Source: Candidatus Omnitrophota bacterium
GTDB taxonomy: Bacteria > Omnitrophota > Gorgyraeia > Zapsychrales > Zapsychraceae
Reading direction: 5' to 3'
Length of the DNA: 64,000 nucleotides
NCBI GenBank assembly: GCA_050250375.1
Contig: JBFWOS010000002.1
Span: 901,149 to 965,148 of the forward strand
The position numbers and the translations under genes are program-made. Below, one piece after another: positions 52,833 to 60,929 of the stretch (its first letter is position 1; each line of letters starts with the position of its first letter). The notes below the pieces were generated by a model. That model ran no database searches. It was not told the DNA's origin and saw only the letters and a list, made by a program, of their open reading frames with translations.

Positions 52833-53155
52833 AAACAAATAAACTCGTACAAAAACTGATGACTAAATGGAAAATCACAAGCATGTGGGATTTTACTGCT
52901 ATCATGCTTGTATTTTCACTGGCCGGGATGTTTGTGGTCAGGGTCAGAAAACCATTTTTTGCTTTGATTGGAATCACCAAAGAAACTCCTTTTTTAGTCA
53001 AATTCTTTTGCTGGCTGTTGGTTATCTTCCCCAGTTACCAGCTCGGCTTGCTTATCTTTGGTTTTCTATTGGGACAATTTCCATTTTTCTGGGAAAAAGA
53101 AAAGCAGATGTTCAGGGCCATAAAACGATTATTCTCACCGAACAAAGTTAATTAA
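52829..53155 (+). CDS. Small membrane protein (DUF6787-like)
   Basis: L..KW.ITS, LVFSLAG, FP.YQ..L..FG.L.GQF.FFWEKEK. Confidence 0.75.
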   Translation: MKTNKLVQKLMTKWKITSMWDFTAIMLVFSLAGMFVVRVRKPFFALIGITKETPFLVKFFCWLLVIFPSYQLGLLIFGFLLGQFPFFWEKEKQMFRAIKRLFSPNKVN

Positions 53156-53165
53156 GATTAACTCC

Positions 53166-53579
53166 TCAAAACACATACAGCATCAAATAAATGACCACAC
53201 CTGTCACCGAGACATACATCCAGACCGGATAAAGCCATTTCGTAATCCGGATATGTTTGCGATAGTCCCCTTTCAATGCAAAATAAACCGCTGCTATGCA
53301 GAAAGGAACCACTAATGCAGCGAGCGGCGTGTGGGTGATCAGGATGGTAAAATACACGAACCGGATAATGCCTTCTTTTGTGTATTTCGTTGAACCGTGT
53401 AAATAATGGTAGGTCAGATAGGAAATAAGAAATACCGTTGAGACAACAAGCGCTGATATCATCAATTTACGATGGGCCATTTGGTCGCCGCGTTTAATCG
53501 CCTTATAACCCAACACCAACAATACGCCGGCTGAAAAATTCAGACAGGCATTGATCATCGGTAAAATTGTAATATCCAT
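53166..53579 (-). CDS. ctaM: DUF420 (CtaM/YozB) oxidase assembly protein
   Basis: LP.INA.LN, HRK.M, FLISYL.YH, ILITH..LA, W.YVSVTGVVIY. Confidence 0.88.
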   Translation of the reverse strand: MDITILPMINACLNFSAGVLLVLGYKAIKRGDQMAHRKLMISALVVSTVFLISYLTYHYLHGSTKYTKEGIIRFVYFTILITHTPLAALVVPFCIAAVYFALKGDYRKHIRITKWLYPVWMYVSVTGVVIYLMLYVF

Positions 53580-54175
53580 TAAAACCTCTCTTTAAGCAGG
53601 GCGCTGGCATCTTTGAATAAACGATTGATCTCCTCAGTATTTGTCCCTTCATAATACCCACGAATAAAACCGCTACGGTCGACCAATGGAAAATAACTGC
53701 TGTGAAAAATCGGCTCATCGATCTTCCCGAGTTTAAATTGCGTGACCGTTATATCCCTGATATCCTCTCTTTTTCCCGTCAGAAAATACCAATTCCCTTT
53801 CCCTTTGTTCAGGGGCGTCGAATACGCCTTTAAAATTTCAGGGGAATCCATTTCCGGATTTACAGTGAATGAGACCATCTTTACCGCGGGGACTTTCTCA
53901 AAAGTCCGGCTGAGCGAGGCCATATGTTTTGTCATAACCGGACAAACATCACTGCAGGTGGTAAAAAAGAAATTGGCAATCCAGACCTTTCCGTGCAATT
54001 GTCTTGAATCAAACGGCTGCCCATCGGAATCGGTGAGAGCAAAAGAACCAACCCGCCCAAGGATTGGTAATTGCGGAATTTTTGAAATTTTTTGAAATGA
54101 ATATACGGCGAAGATGCCCGCCAATAAAACACTCAAACCAGCAACCGATAAAATGAGTTTTTTATGTTTCACCAT
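53579..54175 (-). CDS. sco: SCO1/SenC copper chaperone
   Basis: FFTTCSDVCP (CxxxC), HSS.F.LVD..G.IRGYY; N-terminal anchor. Confidence 0.93.
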   Translation of the reverse strand: MVKHKKLILSVAGLSVLLAGIFAVYSFQKISKIPQLPILGRVGSFALTDSDGQPFDSRQLHGKVWIANFFFTTCSDVCPVMTKHMASLSRTFEKVPAVKMVSFTVNPEMDSPEILKAYSTPLNKGKGNWYFLTGKREDIRDITVTQFKLGKIDEPIFHSSYFPLVDRSGFIRGYYEGTNTEEINRLFKDASALLKERF

Positions 54176-55035
54176 TAAAATTGAACATCAAGCATGATTA
54201 ATGTTAACAAAACCGGAAGATAAATGACTGTAGCTCTTAACAGTTTACGGGCATCAACGATTGAGCGGGATTTAATAAAAATTTCACTCATAATCAATAA
54301 AAGAATGCCTGCCACTAAGGCACCAACAAAATAAACCGCCCCGGAAAGCCCGGTGAGCGCAGGAACTAAAGAAACAGGGATCAGCAATAACGAATAATAA
54401 TGGATTTGCTGAAACATACTCCCTCCGTCCTCTTCAACGCACGGAAGCATTTTAAAACCGGCCTTTTTATAGTCTTCCTTAAACATCCAGGCAATCGCGT
54501 AGAAATGCGGATGCTGCCATATAAACAAAATTAGGAATAAAATTCCGGCGTCAAAATTCAGCGTCCCGGTAGCAGCCGCCCAACCGCCTAACGGAGGCAT
54601 CGCCCCAGGAAAAGCACCAACCGTGGTGTTGAGCCAGCTCACCCTTTTCATCGGGGTATAAACGAGTACATAGAGAAACGCGGTCAGTAAACTCAAAAAC
54701 GAAGTCAGGATATTTACCTCAATATACAGAACAAAAATACCGGTCAAACATAAAAGGACACCGAACTGCAGGGCATTAGCCGGCTTCATGCGTTTGGCCG
54801 GCAAAGGCCGTTTTTTAGTCCTGTTCATTTTTGAATCCAGTTCCCGTTCAAGATAATGATTCAGGGCCGCGGCCCCGGCGCAGACGAATCCAACCCCTGT
54901 TAAAAGACAAAAGAGTGTCCAATAGGATTTTATTCCATGACCACCAAGGTAATAACCAATCGTGGCCGTAATCAGAACCATGAAAACAATTCTGGGTTTC
55001 GTTAATTCAATATAATCTTCAATTATCTTTTTCAT
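54175..55035 (-). CDS. ctaB: Protoheme IX farnesyltransferase (heme o synthase)
   Basis: LTKPRI, D..M.RT..RPLP, YTP.KR, GA.PGA.PP, WQ.PHF. Confidence 0.95.
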   Translation of the reverse strand: MKKIIEDYIELTKPRIVFMVLITATIGYYLGGHGIKSYWTLFCLLTGVGFVCAGAAALNHYLERELDSKMNRTKKRPLPAKRMKPANALQFGVLLCLTGIFVLYIEVNILTSFLSLLTAFLYVLVYTPMKRVSWLNTTVGAFPGAMPPLGGWAAATGTLNFDAGILFLILFIWQHPHFYAIAWMFKEDYKKAGFKMLPCVEEDGGSMFQQIHYYSLLLIPVSLVPALTGLSGAVYFVGALVAGILLLIMSEIFIKSRSIVDARKLLRATVIYLPVLLTLIMLDVQF

Positions 55036-56009
55036 AATTCGGAAAATTTCTTAAAACTTAAAGGCGCTATGCGTAATAACAATAAAAATGTTACCCCTAA
55101 TGTAGCGGCCCCCGTCACCACATGTAAACTGGTAATCACCGGAGATTTGATTGTCAAAATTGTCATAATCCCGAGAATAATCTGAAAGAAAACGATACCA
55201 TCCAGACAGAGGATCGTATTCCTTATCTTATCCTTGTTAGGTAATTGACATTTTAGACCACTTACATTTAAAACGCAAACACCAATCACAATAACACCGG
55301 CCCAGGCTCTGTGCATCAAATGCAGAAAAACATTGACCATCGTAACCGGATCCAAATCATAATCAAACCGCCAGCTATTAATGTTGTTCAGCATGTCCTG
55401 GTTAAACGACGGCCACCAGCTTCCGGCTATCGTTGGAAAATCATAAACGGCTAACCCGGATCCCGTGTGCCGCATGACCGCGCCTAAAATCAGCTGAATA
55501 TAAATACAAATGAGCAGGACGACACCGGTGACTTGTAAAACCGGATCAACTCCGTCTTTGACAAAGGCCCGCAGCTGGCGTTCTTTGGATTGAGAATAAG
55601 CGATAAAGATCGTTAAGAGAAAGAATGTCTGGGCTAGTACCCCGTGCGCAACCGAAACCGGCGTCGGCAAATAAAACAAGACCGTTAACCCTCCGAGCAA
55701 TCCTTGAACGATAACGGCGCCAAGGGCCCAAAAACCGCACACCTTCACCCATATTCGTTCTTCCTTAAACGCTAACCAGACGGCCAAAGTCAACATCAAA
55801 AACCCGACAAAAGAAGCAACCATGCGGTGGCCATGCTCATAAAATACACCCCCCACCATGGGCGGAAATAACGTCCCGTACGACAACGGCCAATCCGGGA
55901 CTGCCAGCCCGGAGCCCGTGGATGTCACCATCCCGCCGACAAAAATAAGAACTAACGTCGAAAAACAGGTGAGTTTTGAAAACCGCCGCAGCCAGATATT
56001 TTTGTTCAT
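55032..56009 (-). CDS. ctaA: Heme A synthase (COX15/CtaA)
   Basis: GGMVTSTGSGLAVPDWP, EHGHR, QGLLGG, HG..AQ, LGA.MRH, HR, Q.ILG, LHV. Confidence 0.88.
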   Translation of the reverse strand: MNKNIWLRRFSKLTCFSTLVLIFVGGMVTSTGSGLAVPDWPLSYGTLFPPMVGGVFYEHGHRMVASFVGFLMLTLAVWLAFKEERIWVKVCGFWALGAVIVQGLLGGLTVLFYLPTPVSVAHGVLAQTFFLLTIFIAYSQSKERQLRAFVKDGVDPVLQVTGVVLLICIYIQLILGAVMRHTGSGLAVYDFPTIAGSWWPSFNQDMLNNINSWRFDYDLDPVTMVNVFLHLMHRAWAGVIVIGVCVLNVSGLKCQLPNKDKIRNTILCLDGIVFFQIILGIMTILTIKSPVITSLHVVTGAATLGVTFLLLLRIAPLSFKKFSEL

Positions 56010-56048
56010 ATTAAATTTTAGATAAAAACCGGAAGGAAAATCTATTGA

Positions 56049-56834
56049 TTAATTCCAGAAATCGTCGAAGCCTTCGCCGCCCTCTTCGCCAAGGACAGGA
56101 GCATTCCGCTCAACCCAGGAATCATATTCATCCTGATGATGGATGAACAATTGTCCCCGCATCCGGTAATGTCCGATGCCGCATAACTGGGCGCATCCGA
56201 TTTCCGATTCTCCGGATTTAGTCGGCGTGAACCATGTCGGTATGCTCATTCCGGGAATTGCGTCCTGCTTAACCCGCATGATCGGCAGGGCAAAACTATG
56301 GATAACATCTTTAGATGACAAATGGATAATCGCCGGTTTTCCGATGGGTAAATGCAACTGATTGATGGTTGTAAAATCATCCTTCCCATTCGGATCATCC
56401 GGATCAAGACCTAACGGATTTGTCTGTGTATCCACAAACTTCGCATTGGCGCTCCCGAATATGCCGTCGGCACCGGGATACTGAATATTCCAGGCGAATT
56501 GCTCAGCAATCACTCTGACTTCAACAACATCCTTCCGGTTCGGGTATGCATTGACTTGTTTTGCCCAAAATGGAATGGAAAAACCGATAAGCAGTAATGT
56601 TTCGGCAATAACAACCCCAACCTCTATATAACTCGATATATGCGACCGGACTCCATGATAATTCGCCTTTGGATTCATCTTTTTATTAAATCTTAACAGA
56701 GTAAAAATAAAAAACAGCCCCCATCCAAAAAGCAATCCAAACATCAACATATGGACAAGGATAATGACAAAATCTATTTCATATCCATGTGCAGAAGCAA
56801 CAACCGGCAAAAATAACATTTTTGAAATATTCAT
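56049..56834 (-). CDS. coxB: Cytochrome c oxidase subunit II (CuA)
   Basis: Two TM helices; QFAW, DVIHSF, KQDAIPG, CAQLCGIGHYRM. Confidence 0.93.
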   Translation of the reverse strand: MNISKMLFLPVVASAHGYEIDFVIILVHMLMFGLLFGWGLFFIFTLLRFNKKMNPKANYHGVRSHISSYIEVGVVIAETLLLIGFSIPFWAKQVNAYPNRKDVVEVRVIAEQFAWNIQYPGADGIFGSANAKFVDTQTNPLGLDPDDPNGKDDFTTINQLHLPIGKPAIIHLSSKDVIHSFALPIMRVKQDAIPGMSIPTWFTPTKSGESEIGCAQLCGIGHYRMRGQLFIHHQDEYDSWVERNAPVLGEEGGEGFDDFWN

Positions 56835-56851
56835 ATGCGATTAAAATCTTT

Positions 56852-57067
56852 TTAGGCTAATTTTGATCTTTTTCTTGTGTTTAAAAAAAACATTCCCAAC
56901 AATACCAGAATTCCAGATAATACTCCCAATAATAAAAAAATCCCCCATTTTAGTCCGATGAGCATAGGTGATTCAGGATCACCTCCAAAACAAACAGAAC
57001 AAGCCTCTGCAAGACTTGAACTGCTCAATAGAATAGACATTAGACAGAATTTAAACGCAAGTTTCAT
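56852..57067 (-). CDS. Small exported CxxC membrane-anchored protein in the cox operon
   Basis: Signal-like N-terminus, then ACSVCFG, then a C-terminal TM helix; 1-nt gap to the upstream gene. Confidence 0.7.
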   Translation of the reverse strand: MKLAFKFCLMSILLSSSSLAEACSVCFGGDPESPMLIGLKWGIFLLLGVLSGILVLLGMFFLNTRKRSKLA

Positions 57068-57068
57068 C

Positions 57069-57263
57069 TTATACCTTTATTTTCTTGGCAAAAATAATAC
57101 CATAAACGATAAATCCACCCGCCATACCCAGCGCGGCAAACGTCGACAATAAATATCCGACGGAATGTTTTAACGTGTACTGATTATACGCCCAAAACGC
57201 AAAAAAAACCGCTAACGATACGGTCGCTACAACGAAAACAAGATGAAATCCTCTCAGGCTCAA
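57069..57263 (-). CDS. Small 2-TM membrane protein in the cox operon
   Basis: MSLRGFH.VF..; two hydrophobic helices; overlaps the subunit IV stop. Confidence 0.7.
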   Translation of the reverse strand: MSLRGFHLVFVVATVSLAVFFAFWAYNQYTLKHSVGYLLSTFAALGMAGGFIVYGIIFAKKIKV

Positions 57264-57670
57264 TGGTGTCCCTCCTCCGCTTTTGGATGCTCAGCGGCAA
57301 GCCCATGGGCATCGGCGTTTTGATGCGAGGAATGTGGTTGAACCGTCGTCTTGTAATCCATATTTAAATCCCTGGTCCCGTGCGGGACACTGTAATAACT
57401 GCCAATGATAAGCCCCATCATTCCCGTAAAAAAAATAACCGTTAGGATCAACACGAGATATATGACCTTTTTCTCGTGGCTCAAATGCATAAAAAAGGAC
57501 GCTACCAGCGAGGCTTTGGTGGTTGCCACCAGCAAGGCCAAGAAGACAGCCAAAAAAAGTCCGAGTTTCAGATTACTGATCGCCACCGTGATAACCGTTA
57601 GCACGGCCAGTGAACCGAAAACTTTATAATATAATATAACTTCTTTTTTTAAATCTTGGGTTTCGCTCAT
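57260..57670 (-). CDS. ctaF: Cytochrome c oxidase subunit IV family protein
   Basis: L.VLTVITV, A..KASLV..FFMHL; start reassigned to ATG 57670 (MSETQ), after the subunit III stop. Confidence 0.88.
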   Translation of the reverse strand: MSETQDLKKEVILYYKVFGSLAVLTVITVAISNLKLGLFLAVFLALLVATTKASLVASFFMHLSHEKKVIYLVLILTVIFFTGMMGLIIGSYYSVPHGTRDLNMDYKTTVQPHSSHQNADAHGLAAEHPKAEEGHH

Positions 57671-57672
57671 AT

Positions 57673-58266
57673 TTAAAGTAAATAAAGGATTGGAAATAGA
57701 AAAATCCACACCAAGTCGACAAAATGCCAATATAACCCGACCACCTCTATGCGGTTGATAAACCGCTGGGGTTGGGTTTTAAACATCTTACTCCCCGGAA
57801 AAAAAAAGTATAACAACACAACTAAACCGCCGAGAATATGAAACGCATGCAACCCGGTGAGTGTAAAATAAATCGCGAAATAGGTGTTTTCTTTTGGAAA
57901 TAAATGGTGTGAAAATTTCGCTCCGTATTCAAAGGTTTTGACAACCATAAAAATAAGCGCGAACAGGATCGTCAATCCTAACGTCAGCTTGAACCGTTTA
58001 AAATTATTTTCTTTCAAAGCCACCCAGGCCAAAACCATCGTCACGCTTGAACTGATAAGGACCATCGTATTCAGTGTTCCTAACGGCACATTCAGGACAT
58101 CCGCGCCATGAGGCCAGACCGGCGCACCAATACGAAGAAGCACATAAGAAGAGAATAACGCACCGAACAACATGACTTCCGACGCCAAAAATAACCAGAT
58201 CCCGAATTTCGCATTATAAAGACCCGTATCTTCCCTGGCCTCAATTGTATATGGGATTGTATCCAT
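57673..58266 (-). CDS. coxC: Cytochrome c oxidase subunit III (short form)
   Basis: WLFLASEVMLF, NT.VLI.SS.T, LTGLH..H, GLYWHFVDLVW. Confidence 0.94.
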   Translation of the reverse strand: MDTIPYTIEAREDTGLYNAKFGIWLFLASEVMLFGALFSSYVLLRIGAPVWPHGADVLNVPLGTLNTMVLISSSVTMVLAWVALKENNFKRFKLTLGLTILFALIFMVVKTFEYGAKFSHHLFPKENTYFAIYFTLTGLHAFHILGGLVVLLYFFFPGSKMFKTQPQRFINRIEVVGLYWHFVDLVWIFLFPILYLL

Positions 58267-60062
58267 TAGCTTTTTTCCTTTGCCGCAGCCTGTACCGGAT
58301 CGGCCGTTTGTTCGACTAATTCAATTGTTTCTTCAAATTGCGGGGAAAAATCTTTCTTTGCGTTTGGCACGCTGTATTCATACGGTCCCCGGTAACAAAC
58401 CGGCTCATGAGTAAAATTTCCGTGTCCGGGCGGTGAAGGCGTGTCCCATTCAATCGTCGTGGCATCCCATGGATTGTTATTTGTAATTTTTTCTCCTTTG
58501 AATATACTCCAAAAGAAATTGATCATGAACGGAATTTGTGCCAGGCCTAGCCCCCATGCGGCCCAGGATGACGTAATATTTAAATGCAGGACATCTTTAC
58601 TGATCGCATACCCTGCGCCACCATCATAGAGCCTGCGTGAAATTCCGGCCAATCCGATGATAAACATAGGCATAAATATATAATTCATGCAGACTAATGA
58701 CGGCCAAAAATGAATCTGTCCTAAAACTTTATTCATTTTTCGACCCGTTGCCTTGGGGAACCAATGATATATCCCCGCAAAAAGGGCAAAAATTGTTCCC
58801 GGAGCAACAATATAATGAAAATGCGCGATAACATAATACGTGTCGTGTAAATAAATGTCGGCCGATGATAACCCCAAAGGAAGCCCTGTGAGCCCGCCAA
58901 TACCGAACATCGGCAGAAAAGCCAACGCGAACAACATCTGGGTATTAAACCGGATGGAACCACCCCAGAGAGACAAAAATAAAGCAGTAAGAATGACAAT
59001 GGATGGGATGGAAATGATCATCGTCGTGGCCTGAAAAAAAGAACTGATCGCCGTTCCCATGCCGGTCAAATACATGTGATGCGCCCAGACGATAAAAGAC
59101 AGAAATCCAAGAAAAATGACTGAATAAACCATGGATTTATATCCCCATAAGGGTTTCCTGGTGTTATTTGCAATGACTTCAGAAACAATACCCATGGCCG
59201 GTAAGATTAAAACATAAACTTCCGGGTGGGCTAAAAACCAGAAAAGATGCTGCCATAAAAGCACACTTCCCCCACCGCTAATATCCAATGTCTGTCCGCT
59301 GATCACCAGTCCTGACGGCATAAAGAAACTTGTATGGGCGACCCGATCCATTAATTGTAAAACACCGGCAGCTAATAAAGGTGGAAACGCTAAAACCAAT
59401 AAAAATGAAGTAACTAATTGTGCCCAGACAAAAAACGGCAGCCTCATAAAGGTTAGTCCTTTTGCCCTCAATTGAAAGATGGTGACAATAATATTAATTG
59501 AGCCTAATAAGGACGACTGTATCAAAAAGGTCATGCCGATGATCCAGAATGTCTGCCCGATAGAAGCAACCACCGCCAGGGGAGCATAAGAAGTCCATCC
59601 GGACGATGCGGCGCCCCCCGGCAAAAAGAAACTTCCTAACATAACAATCCCGCCGACAAAGTACAACCAATAACTGGCCATATTTAATCGAGGAAAGGCC
59701 ATATCCGGCGCTCCCACTTGCAAAGGAACAACAAAATTACCAAATGCACCAACGGCAAGCGGAACAACCCCCAGGAAAACCATAATCGTCCCGTGCATCG
59801 CTCCTAACTCATTGTAGAATTCCGGCAACATGACTCCTCCGGGCATCCGGGATTCGCCAAATAATTTTCCAATAAAAGGCAGGGCCTGTTCAGGATACGC
59901 TAACTGCCAGCGCATCAGCATAATCAGACAAAATCCAAAAAACAGAAAAAATAAAGCTGTGATCCCGTATTGAATGCCGATCACCTTGTGGTCTGTAGAA
60001 AAAATATATTGCTTCCAGAACGGAAGTTTGTGGGTCTCGTGGTGGTGATGTTGGTCGCTCAT
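58266..60062 (-). CDS. coxA: Cytochrome c oxidase subunit I (A-family heme-copper oxidase)
   Basis: DHK.IG, MHGTIM, DMAFPRLN, GWT.Y.PL, HPEVY, VWAHHM, HDTYY.IAHFHY, RR. Confidence 0.96.
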   Translation of the reverse strand: MSDQHHHHETHKLPFWKQYIFSTDHKVIGIQYGITALFFLFFGFCLIMLMRWQLAYPEQALPFIGKLFGESRMPGGVMLPEFYNELGAMHGTIMVFLGVVPLAVGAFGNFVVPLQVGAPDMAFPRLNMASYWLYFVGGIVMLGSFFLPGGAASSGWTSYAPLAVVASIGQTFWIIGMTFLIQSSLLGSINIIVTIFQLRAKGLTFMRLPFFVWAQLVTSFLLVLAFPPLLAAGVLQLMDRVAHTSFFMPSGLVISGQTLDISGGGSVLLWQHLFWFLAHPEVYVLILPAMGIVSEVIANNTRKPLWGYKSMVYSVIFLGFLSFIVWAHHMYLTGMGTAISSFFQATTMIISIPSIVILTALFLSLWGGSIRFNTQMLFALAFLPMFGIGGLTGLPLGLSSADIYLHDTYYVIAHFHYIVAPGTIFALFAGIYHWFPKATGRKMNKVLGQIHFWPSLVCMNYIFMPMFIIGLAGISRRLYDGGAGYAISKDVLHLNITSSWAAWGLGLAQIPFMINFFWSIFKGEKITNNNPWDATTIEWDTPSPPGHGNFTHEPVCYRGPYEYSVPNAKKDFSPQFEETIELVEQTADPVQAAAKEKS

Positions 60063-60074
60063 AGTGTTATTGTA

Positions 60075-60791
60075 CTACTTTCCATCAGGGCGTTGAAATG
60101 TAAAATCGACTTCTTTTGTTTCCCCTTCCGCGAGTGTAACCGATACTCGCTGCGGGTTTAAGCGTTGATGCCAGGCTTCAAGGACATAAGTCCCGGCCGG
60201 TAAATTATCAATCGTGTATTCACCGGTTTCATCGGATGTTGTAAAGAATGGATTGTCGGTCACTGTTATGTACGCGGTCATCCAGGGATGGACATCACAT
60301 TTCATTTCAAACATAAATTCTTTTTTATCGAAAACCTTTGTTGTTTCAGCCCGGAATTTTGGCATCGCCAAATTAAATTCCGGATTAATTTTAGACAAAG
60401 CATGGACGTTATGCAAGGTCCCATCCGGGTTCAGAATCTTCACCGGTTGGCCGGCCATGACCCCCAGGACCGGCGGTGTATAGATACAACCCGCTTGCGT
60501 TAAGACAACCGGTTCGGTCGGAACAGGATAATCCTTCTTGGGCAATCCTTCCACAATATGCAAGAAAACATTTTTCATTTCCGCATTCGGACCTAATACG
60601 ATCGTCTGCGGATATACTTTATCTGAATGTTTGGTTAGACAAACAGGATCCGCTCCCATCTTGATCTCCCGCAATTTTGGTATTTTCCCATTATAAACAA
60701 TCTTGCCTTTAATGGTTGCGGCGTAAGAAACATGTGTTTGGATAAGGACGAATATGAAGAAACTGAAAAAAACTGAATTGATTTTACGCAT
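60075..60791 (-). CDS. Exported cupredoxin-like / carboxypeptidase-regulatory-like domain protein
   Basis: Signal peptide; N.D.TLHNVH and KCDVHPWM (H...C-x2-H-x2-M); LPAGTY..EAWH. Confidence 0.75.
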   Translation of the reverse strand: MRKINSVFFSFFIFVLIQTHVSYAATIKGKIVYNGKIPKLREIKMGADPVCLTKHSDKVYPQTIVLGPNAEMKNVFLHIVEGLPKKDYPVPTEPVVLTQAGCIYTPPVLGVMAGQPVKILNPDGTLHNVHALSKINPEFNLAMPKFRAETTKVFDKKEFMFEMKCDVHPWMTAYITVTDNPFFTTSDETGEYTIDNLPAGTYVLEAWHQRLNPQRVSVTLAEGETKEVDFTFQRPDGK

Positions 60792-60838
60792 TTATTTCTT
60801 ATAAATCTAATAATATTAATTAGTCCAGAGTTTCGTAT

Positions 60839-60867
60839 AATATATTTCAATTGAGGAATGTTGTCAA
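60839..60867 (-). promoter_or_regulatory. Sigma70-type promoter for the cox operon
   Basis: TTGACA-17 nt-TATATT on the minus strand. Confidence 0.6.
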
Positions 60868-60884
60868 GGAGGATTAATAGTTTT

Positions 60885-60916
60885 AAAAGGGTGATTCCCT
60901 GCCTCGAGAATCACCC
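60885..60916 (-). terminator. Intrinsic terminator after the VWA gene
   Basis: GGGTGATTC/GAATCACCC 9-bp stem followed by TTTT on the minus strand. Confidence 0.7.
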
Positions 60917-60929
60917 CTTCAACACTTTG

